From positions 79,281-143,280 of the forward strand of contig JAPPES010000085.1 in assembly GCA_028824125.1 (NCBI GenBank): a DNA stretch of 64,000 nucleotides, in the 5' to 3' direction. Of the stretch, positions 58,643-64,000 are shown one piece after another. Under the pieces are notes generated by a model, which was given only the letters and a program-made list of their open reading frames with translations, had not been told where the DNA came from and ran no database searches. Every line of letters starts with the position of its first letter. Position 1 is the stretch's first letter. Position numbers and translations under genes: made by a program. Source of the stretch: Candidatus Poribacteria bacterium. Its GTDB lineage: Bacteria; Poribacteria; WGA-4E; WGA-3G.

Positions 58643-59425
58643 ATGGAAAAAGATCTGTTTGAATCGCTTGTTGAAGTTATCGCAACATTGAGGGGCGAAA
58701 ACGGGTGCCCGTGGGATCGGGAACAGACACATACATCTTTAAAACCGACACTCATTGAAGAAACCTACGAGACGGTTGAAGCGATTGATTCTGGCGATCC
58801 AAAGAAATTAAAAGAGGAACTTGGCGATCTTTTATTAAACGTTATGCTTCAAGCACAGATCGCTGCAGAAAACAGGGATTTTGATATTTACGATGTGATT
58901 GACACGTTGACAGAGAAATTAATTCGGAGACATCCGCATGTGTTTGGTGATGTTCATGTGGATGATGCAGAAGAGGTTGTGAAAAACTGGGAAGCTATTA
59001 AAAGCCAAGAGGCAGGTTACGAAGATAGAGAATCAGTGCTTGATGGCATTCCGAATGCCTTACCCGCTTTGCTTCGGGGGCAGAAAATACAGAAACGTGC
59101 GGCGCGAGTCGGTTTTGATTGGGATGACATTGCTGATGTGGTCGCGAAGGTGGACGAAGAGTTAGCAGAGGTTAAGGACAGCTTGCACAATAATGACTCT
59201 GATGCTGTTGAAATGGAGATCGGAGACCTTTTGTTTGCCGTTGTGAATTTATGTCGTTTTGTCGATCTTCAAGCCGAAGAGGTGTTGCGAAAATCAAACC
59301 GTAAGTTCGTTGCCCGCTTTAAACGGATGGAGGCAGAACTGGAAAAACAGGGAGAATCCTTTTCCGAGAAAACACTTGCCGAACTCGACGAAATTTGGGA
59401 AGATGTAAAAAAAGATGAATCATGA
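58643..59425 (+). CDS. mazG: Nucleoside triphosphate pyrophosphohydrolase MazG.
   Basis: A tandem MazG-domain pattern is present (LRGENGCPWDREQTH...EETYE..., second EExxE/D set). Confidence 0.8.
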   Translation: MEKDLFESLVEVIATLRGENGCPWDREQTHTSLKPTLIEETYETVEAIDSGDPKKLKEELGDLLLNVMLQAQIAAENRDFDIYDVIDTLTEKLIRRHPHVFGDVHVDDAEEVVKNWEAIKSQEAGYEDRESVLDGIPNALPALLRGQKIQKRAARVGFDWDDIADVVAKVDEELAEVKDSLHNNDSDAVEMEIGDLLFAVVNLCRFVDLQAEEVLRKSNRKFVARFKRMEAELEKQGESFSEKTLAELDEIWEDVKKDES

Positions 59426-60152
59426 AGTTCTTGACAAGTTTCGAGCATATCCCGAATATGAAAAGTATTCCCAGCTTATTAATGAATTGGATCCGAACGC
59501 ACCCCCACAGGTCGTAATTGTACATCGGACACCTGATCCTATCTGTGGATCGGGTAAAAAACTCGGTATCTTTTCTGGTTCTTTTAATCCGCTCACTGTG
59601 GCACACATCAAAATGGTTGAGGAAGCGCGAGAACGTTTTCAACTTGATGAGCTGCTTTTGCTGCTTGCTAAGGCAAATGTTGATAAAGATTTATTTGGAT
59701 GGCCGTTGGCAGGGAGAATTCTGTCCCTCAAACGTTATGCTGAAGATCAAAACAATATTTCAATTGGTATATCCAGTCACGGTCGATATATTGACAAAGT
59801 AGAAGCCTTAAAAACGATCTATCCTGTTGACACCGAGTTTCACTTCATTGTCGGTTACGATACATTGGTCCGGATTTTTGATCCGAAATACTATACGGAT
59901 ATTCAAACAGAATTACAACACCTTTTTTTAGAGTGTCGTTTTATCGTAGCAAACCGCGACCAGGTAGATATTGAAACGATAAAAGAATTCCTTTCACAAC
60001 CAGCACATCAACAGTATAGATCATCTGTTACGCCCTTGAGACTCCCAGACTTCTATGCCGAGGTATCTTCCACCGAGGTGCGCCAGCGGATAGCGCAAGG
60101 GGATACTATTTCTCATTTAGTCCCACCTGTTATTGCCGAATTTTTTGAATAG
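59415..60152 (+). CDS. Nucleotidyltransferase of the NadD (nicotinate/nicotinamide mononucleotide adenylyltransferase) family. It has a ~55-aa N-terminal extension and an atypical T-x-A-H motif.
   Basis: The segment GIFSGSFNPLTVAHIKM is NadD-like. The C-terminal ISSTEVRQRIAQG...VPPVIAEF matches NadD. The start overlaps mazG by 11 nt. Confidence 0.55.
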   Translation: MNHEVLDKFRAYPEYEKYSQLINELDPNAPPQVVIVHRTPDPICGSGKKLGIFSGSFNPLTVAHIKMVEEARERFQLDELLLLLAKANVDKDLFGWPLAGRILSLKRYAEDQNNISIGISSHGRYIDKVEALKTIYPVDTEFHFIVGYDTLVRIFDPKYYTDIQTELQHLFLECRFIVANRDQVDIETIKEFLSQPAHQQYRSSVTPLRLPDFYAEVSSTEVRQRIAQGDTISHLVPPVIAEFFE

Positions 60153-60732
60153 CATTCTGTAATTCCCACCTGTAGTTAATGACCGGTTTTCCCAATTTTT
60201 TACACGTATAAATGCGTGCATCTAAATGTTCACAAAACAGACACGAATGAAAAAGCCGAATTTCAGGTATAGGTTGAAAGTGAGCGCACCTATTTGCAGT
60301 TTCAACCATCTCATTTAGATATGTTCGGAAAACGATATTATTTAATTTTGATTTGGCAGCACGATCTATTGCCCGTTTCTTTTCTCCGTGTTGTTCCCAG
60401 ATTCTATTAATGACCTCTGTCAAAATAGCGCGATATGTTTGTTCACCAGGAGGCTCAGGGGAATAAAGCGTAACTTCGTTTTGAAGGCAATAATTCGAGA
60501 GCCTTTTAAGCAGACTGGTCTCACCTTTTCCGTATTCCTTTCGCAATTCTGCTTTAAACCTTTGCTGAAACTGTCCCCACTCAATAGTCCGCGATTCCCA
60601 TTTTTTTAACAGAAGCACAGAAGGTGTGAGTTCGGGGATGACTCTGATGCCCTCTACTTTCTGATGGCAGATAACGAACTTATTCTGTGTGTCGTTTTCT
60701 CTTTGGTTTTCGAGTGCGTCTAAATACAACAC
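60130..60732 (-). CDS. DUF488-like domain protein with a Cys-rich C-terminal extension.
   Basis: LTPSVLLLKKW...FQQRFKAEL...VTLYS resembles the YeaO/DUF488 core. A CxxC...C cluster lies near the C-terminus. Confidence 0.35.
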   Translation of the reverse strand: MLYLDALENQRENDTQNKFVICHQKVEGIRVIPELTPSVLLLKKWESRTIEWGQFQQRFKAELRKEYGKGETSLLKRLSNYCLQNEVTLYSPEPPGEQTYRAILTEVINRIWEQHGEKKRAIDRAAKSKLNNIVFRTYLNEMVETANRCAHFQPIPEIRLFHSCLFCEHLDARIYTCKKLGKPVINYRWELQNAIQKIRQ

Positions 60733-60964
60733 GTTCTGTGTCCTCTTCAGAAATACTATTCACCATATTTATTGTAACGTTAAAATAAAAATGTGGTTTG
60801 GTTTATTTTAACATTACAATAAAAATTGTGCAACAAATATTTCAAATTGGCACAAAAGTAGATAGAATAAGGTGTCAATATAAAAAAAGAGGTTGGTTAG
60901 GTGGGTTTTATAGTGAAATCCAAAATTTATGCACACTTTTGGTCCGTGGCACCTAAACTGTCAG

Positions 60965-61160
60965 ACTGTGTTGTAGCACAAACTTTTAGTTTGTGTAGTA
61001 GTGTACGCAAACTGAATGAAGTTTAAAGAAATATTTCGGTAATTTGGCGAGGTTAGGAAAACTCACCAGCAGAGATGTACACCTGCTGCTGGCAAGGCGG
61101 GGAATGCCTAAATGGCATTCATACCGTTGATTTCTTCCTAACCTTGCCAATGTCCAAGTA
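60965..61160. repeat. Family-A MITE that carries a family-B element (61098-61132) nested inside its internal hairpin.
   Basis: The element begins tgtagcacaaacttttagtttgtg...aaatatttcggtaa. A TTGGCGAGGTTAGGAA...TTCCTAACCTTGCCAA stem is interrupted by cggggaatgcctaaatggcattcataccgttgatt. Confidence 0.6.
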
Positions 61161-61245
61161 ATTATGGATTTTATTATAAAAATCAACGCCAAATACCATG
61201 CGCGTATTTGGCGGATTTCAAGGATTTTGGGAAACCTTAATCTAT

Positions 61246-62106
61246 CTATTGCTTGTCTCCATACATTGGGTTCTCAAGCAAAGATTGGACTTCATAGATT
61301 GAACCTTTCTTTTCAGAATAAGGTTCTGGCATACGAACAGGTGTCGGGACAATACGGGGTTGGTTAGTGGGTTCACCTTGAATAATAAATTCGTTGAATG
61401 TTTCCCAATCTGGAATGCCTTTCAGTGGCCACGCATCAACAGCGCAATATTGGAAAAGTAACAAGCGGCGGGATTTATCAGAGGTATTCGGGGCGGACCC
61501 ATGTAAAGCTCGAACATGGTGAATGGTAATTCCACCTGCTTTCAACTCAATAGGCACAGCACCTTCTGGCGTAAAATCAGGGTCAGTCACTGCACCGATA
61601 AAAGCACCGTTTTGGTGATGATCCAAAGTGGGCCCCTTGTGAGAACCGGGAAGTATCATCAATGCACCGTTCTCGACAGTCATATCGTCAATAACAACAC
61701 CGACTGCAAGCAGATCATCGTTGGTGTGCGGGTAAAACGCCCAATCTTGATGCCATTCCACAGGACTACCAAATTCGGGGTATTTCATATTGAGTTTGTG
61801 CCCGTTATACCGAATTCCTGAACCGATAAGTTGGGACACTATGCCGAGTATATTCGGGTGGCGTAAGGTTTGGTCATAGACGGTGTGGTATAGGCATGGG
61901 CTTTTGATACGGCGCACACGCGGATTTGCAGCGGAGTGTCCTGGCTCTAAATCGAAAATATCGTTGTGTTCTGTGACTTCTCTGGATTTTTCAACAAATT
62001 CATCGGTAACGCGACGGAGTGCTGCTACTTCTTCATCGTTTAGCACTGCCTCAACACCGATATAACCGTTTTTATCATAAAAATCAAGTTGTTCTTGTGT
62101 TAGCAT
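61246..62106 (-). CDS. Phytanoyl-CoA dioxygenase (PhyH) family protein.
   Basis: The N-terminus reads LTQEQLDFYDKNGYIGVEAV. The core contains WHQDWAFYPHT. Confidence 0.7.
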   Translation of the reverse strand: MLTQEQLDFYDKNGYIGVEAVLNDEEVAALRRVTDEFVEKSREVTEHNDIFDLEPGHSAANPRVRRIKSPCLYHTVYDQTLRHPNILGIVSQLIGSGIRYNGHKLNMKYPEFGSPVEWHQDWAFYPHTNDDLLAVGVVIDDMTVENGALMILPGSHKGPTLDHHQNGAFIGAVTDPDFTPEGAVPIELKAGGITIHHVRALHGSAPNTSDKSRRLLLFQYCAVDAWPLKGIPDWETFNEFIIQGEPTNQPRIVPTPVRMPEPYSEKKGSIYEVQSLLENPMYGDKQ

Positions 62107-62160
62107 TCATAAACCTCCTGGGCTACGTTTTCCTCCATTTGCGTATATCTTATGCCTTTC

Positions 62161-62565
62161 TCAACTGGAAAAGACAATTTCAGAACAAGTGACTATATAC
62201 CTTGATCCAGTGCATACGAACTCAAAATCCCATACGAAATTATCTCCCTTATCTACACAATGTACTCCGAGAATTCCCCATATAGGTCCAGAATCCTCCG
62301 CCGATAAGATTTTAAATGTTTTTACATCTTTAAATTCAACATGAACAAGTTGATTGTGTTCTTTTCCGTAAGGATGTGTGTTGACAGTGAGAATAATGGT
62401 CTTATCAGCGTCTCCAATCCCCGTAGACCTGCCTTCGTCATTTATGGCTTTGTAATTCTCAAATTTAATTTCTATTCCAGCAACATAATCATCATGAAAA
62501 TGATTAAAATGTTTTAAGGCTGCATCAACTTCTTCAATATTGGTGGCTTCAAATCTTTCATCCAT
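62161..62565 (-). CDS. Hypothetical protein.
   Basis: The ORF is 134 aa with no recognised motif. Confidence 0.35.
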   Translation of the reverse strand: MDERFEATNIEEVDAALKHFNHFHDDYVAGIEIKFENYKAINDEGRSTGIGDADKTIILTVNTHPYGKEHNQLVHVEFKDVKTFKILSAEDSGPIWGILGVHCVDKGDNFVWDFEFVCTGSRYIVTCSEIVFSS

Positions 62566-62612
62566 AAGGCATGTCTTGTTTTGAAAATTCTGTTTTTAAT
62601 ATCATAGTACAA

Positions 62613-63725
62613 TTATACATCATTCTCATTAATAGTTTCAATTAGTTTTTCATATATGTTCTGAATCTTTTGGACATGCTTTTCAATGCTGAATGCTTCC
62701 TCAGCATGTTTTCTTGCAGCTTTACCCATCTGTTTACACTTATCAAAATCTGTAACCAATTGGACAATCTTATCTGAGATCGTCTCAATTGAGTCTAACG
62801 GAACAACGTATCCTGTAACACCGTCTACAATCATTTCGGATGTGCTCCCGATTGGTGTGCCGATGACAGTCTTCCCTGATGCCATTGCTTCGGCTATCAC
62901 ACTTCCTGCTGATAAAGTAACCAAAAGATCAAGTTCTTGCATAACGCGCGGCATGTCGTCCCGGTGTCCTGTAAAATAGATCACATCTTCTAACTTGTAT
63001 TCAGAAACCAGTTGACGAACTTCCTTATCATAAGCGCGATGTTCGGGTGTATCAAGTGCAGCACCGATGATGTGAAATCGAACATTTTGGCATTGCTGGG
63101 CAACATGAGATGCTATCTCAACAAAAGTTTTCTGTTTTTTGAATGGTTCAATTCTGCCTACTATTCCAACTATAAATGGATCTGACTCCCTCTTTTTTTT
63201 TGAATCAGGTTGAAAAACAGAAATATCAACACAGTTTAAGACGACATCAATTTTTTCAGAAGGAACACCTGCTTGAACGAGTGGACTTTTACTCTGTTCA
63301 GAGATTGCGATGATGCGACTCATTTGATCAAAGTTGTACTTTGCAATCTGTGCAGGTGTTAGGATATTCCGCACATGTGAAATAACAGGAACGTTCAACT
63401 GGTTTTTAACTTGTAACAGGTATGGATTGAGCCATGAATCGGAGGTATGCACTAATCGGACATTATGTTTCTTTGCGAGATCGGTTAACTTAGCGGCAGC
63501 TGTGCGGCGAGTGAGACGGGATACCACTTTTCGCCACGGTGGGAGATTCAGAATAGTGGTAGGGATATTTGCTTCTCTTAATTGTTCAGCAAAAATACCG
63601 TCGTCCGGACAGACGACGATTGGTTGATAAAGATTTTTGTTTAGATGTGTAACAAGGTAATAGAGTTGTTTTTCGCCCCCACCGATGCTTGACCCACAAT
63701 GGCTAAGGTAAAGTATAGGAATCAT
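62613..63725 (-). CDS. Glycosyltransferase family 4 (glycosyl transferase group 1).
   Basis: A GT4 C-terminal pattern is present (EPFKKQKTF...GTPIGSTSEMIVDGVTGYVVP). Confidence 0.75.
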   Translation of the reverse strand: MIPILYLSHCGSSIGGGEKQLYYLVTHLNKNLYQPIVVCPDDGIFAEQLREANIPTTILNLPPWRKVVSRLTRRTAAAKLTDLAKKHNVRLVHTSDSWLNPYLLQVKNQLNVPVISHVRNILTPAQIAKYNFDQMSRIIAISEQSKSPLVQAGVPSEKIDVVLNCVDISVFQPDSKKKRESDPFIVGIVGRIEPFKKQKTFVEIASHVAQQCQNVRFHIIGAALDTPEHRAYDKEVRQLVSEYKLEDVIYFTGHRDDMPRVMQELDLLVTLSAGSVIAEAMASGKTVIGTPIGSTSEMIVDGVTGYVVPLDSIETISDKIVQLVTDFDKCKQMGKAARKHAEEAFSIEKHVQKIQNIYEKLIETINENDV

Positions 63726-63754
63726 CTGTTTATCAGTAGGAGCGAAATTTCTGT

Positions 63755-64000
63755 TTACACTGCAAAGTCAAGATGTTGGTCACGGAAAACTTGGCTCACG
63801 GATCTATGCTGATGAACTCTTAGAATAGCTTGCGCGAGAAGTGATGCGATAGAAAGCACTTTAATTTTTCCATCAAGCTGCTTTTCAGCAGGGACAGGAA
63901 TCGTATCCGTCGTGACCACTTCGCGAATTGAAGGGTGCATGAGTCGTTCCAATGCGGGACCTACGAGCACAGCATGTGCAATGCTAACATAAGCGGGTTT
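63755..64000 (-). CDS. prs: Ribose-phosphate pyrophosphokinase, C-terminal part. The gene is partial and continues beyond the window end.
   Basis: The sequence TIPVPAEKQLDGKIKVLSIASLLAQAILRVHQHRSVSQVF matches the Prs C-terminus. Confidence 0.6.
   Translation of the reverse strand, partial: KPAYVSIAHAVLVGPALERLMHPSIREVVTTDTIPVPAEKQLDGKIKVLSIASLLAQAILRVHQHRSVSQVFRDQHLDFAV

Noticed and set aside
59415-60152. Calling the nucleotidyltransferase definitively nadD.
   Set aside because: The canonical H/T-x-G-H motif is altered to T-V-A-H and there is an extra N-terminal extension. I left the gene symbol empty.
1-64000. Searched by eye for tRNA, rRNA, IS transposase or prophage genes.
   Set aside because: None was recognised. 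All repeats appear non-autonomous, with no transposase ORF. A tRNA hidden in the repeat-rich spacers cannot be fully excluded without tRNAscan-SE.

Overview
This 64-kb window appears to be chromosomal DNA from an uncultured, probably non-proteobacterial bacterium, about 45% GC by eye. Several domain types point toward Poribacteria-like or FCB-group candidate phyla: T9SS-type C-terminal sorting domains, dockerin, WD40, FG-GAP, LamG, sulfatase, Gfo/Idh/MocA and PhyH proteins. This is an inference, not a database result.

Main content, in order:
(1) Five co-directional genes (68-6587) encode seven copies of an unrecognised ~280-aa secreted module ([14 protein letters not shown] ... [17 protein letters not shown] ... 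[15 protein letters not shown] ... LELKKYEIK). The last gene overlaps hemB by ATGA.
(2) A heme/tetrapyrrole cluster: hemB, hemL, a long-chain polyprenyl synthase, a SirC-like gene with an internal duplication, a CcsA/HemX-like gene, hemA and hemC.
(3) A tandem triplet of beta-lactamase-family serine hydrolases.
(4) Glycan and sugar-related genes: ThuA-like, aldose epimerase, a sulfatase with a poly-G frameshift, two Gfo/Idh/MocA and two PhyH genes, GT9 and GT4.
(5) Two giant secreted multidomain proteases carrying T9SS-like C-terminal domains: an S8 subtilase with FG-GAP and Fn3, and a WD40-metzincin-dockerin protein.
(6) Putative defence or addiction-type genes: an HNH nuclease, an orphan HigA-like antitoxin and a DUF123 GIY-YIG protein.
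(7) A lipoprotein whose SpoIVB/S55-like catalytic motifs appear circularly permuted, with an acidic PPEDGE tandem repeat.
(8) Housekeeping genes: folD, an SDR, truA, murA, hisD, mazG, a NadD-like gene and a partial prs.

The intergenic space is unusually dense with at least six families of MITE- or REP-like palindromic repeats. Some are nested in one another, and one carries a motif that recurs just 5' of genes.

No rRNA, tRNA, CRISPR array, transposase or prophage was recognised by eye. Coordinates of non-CDS features are hand-derived and may be off by 1-3 bp.
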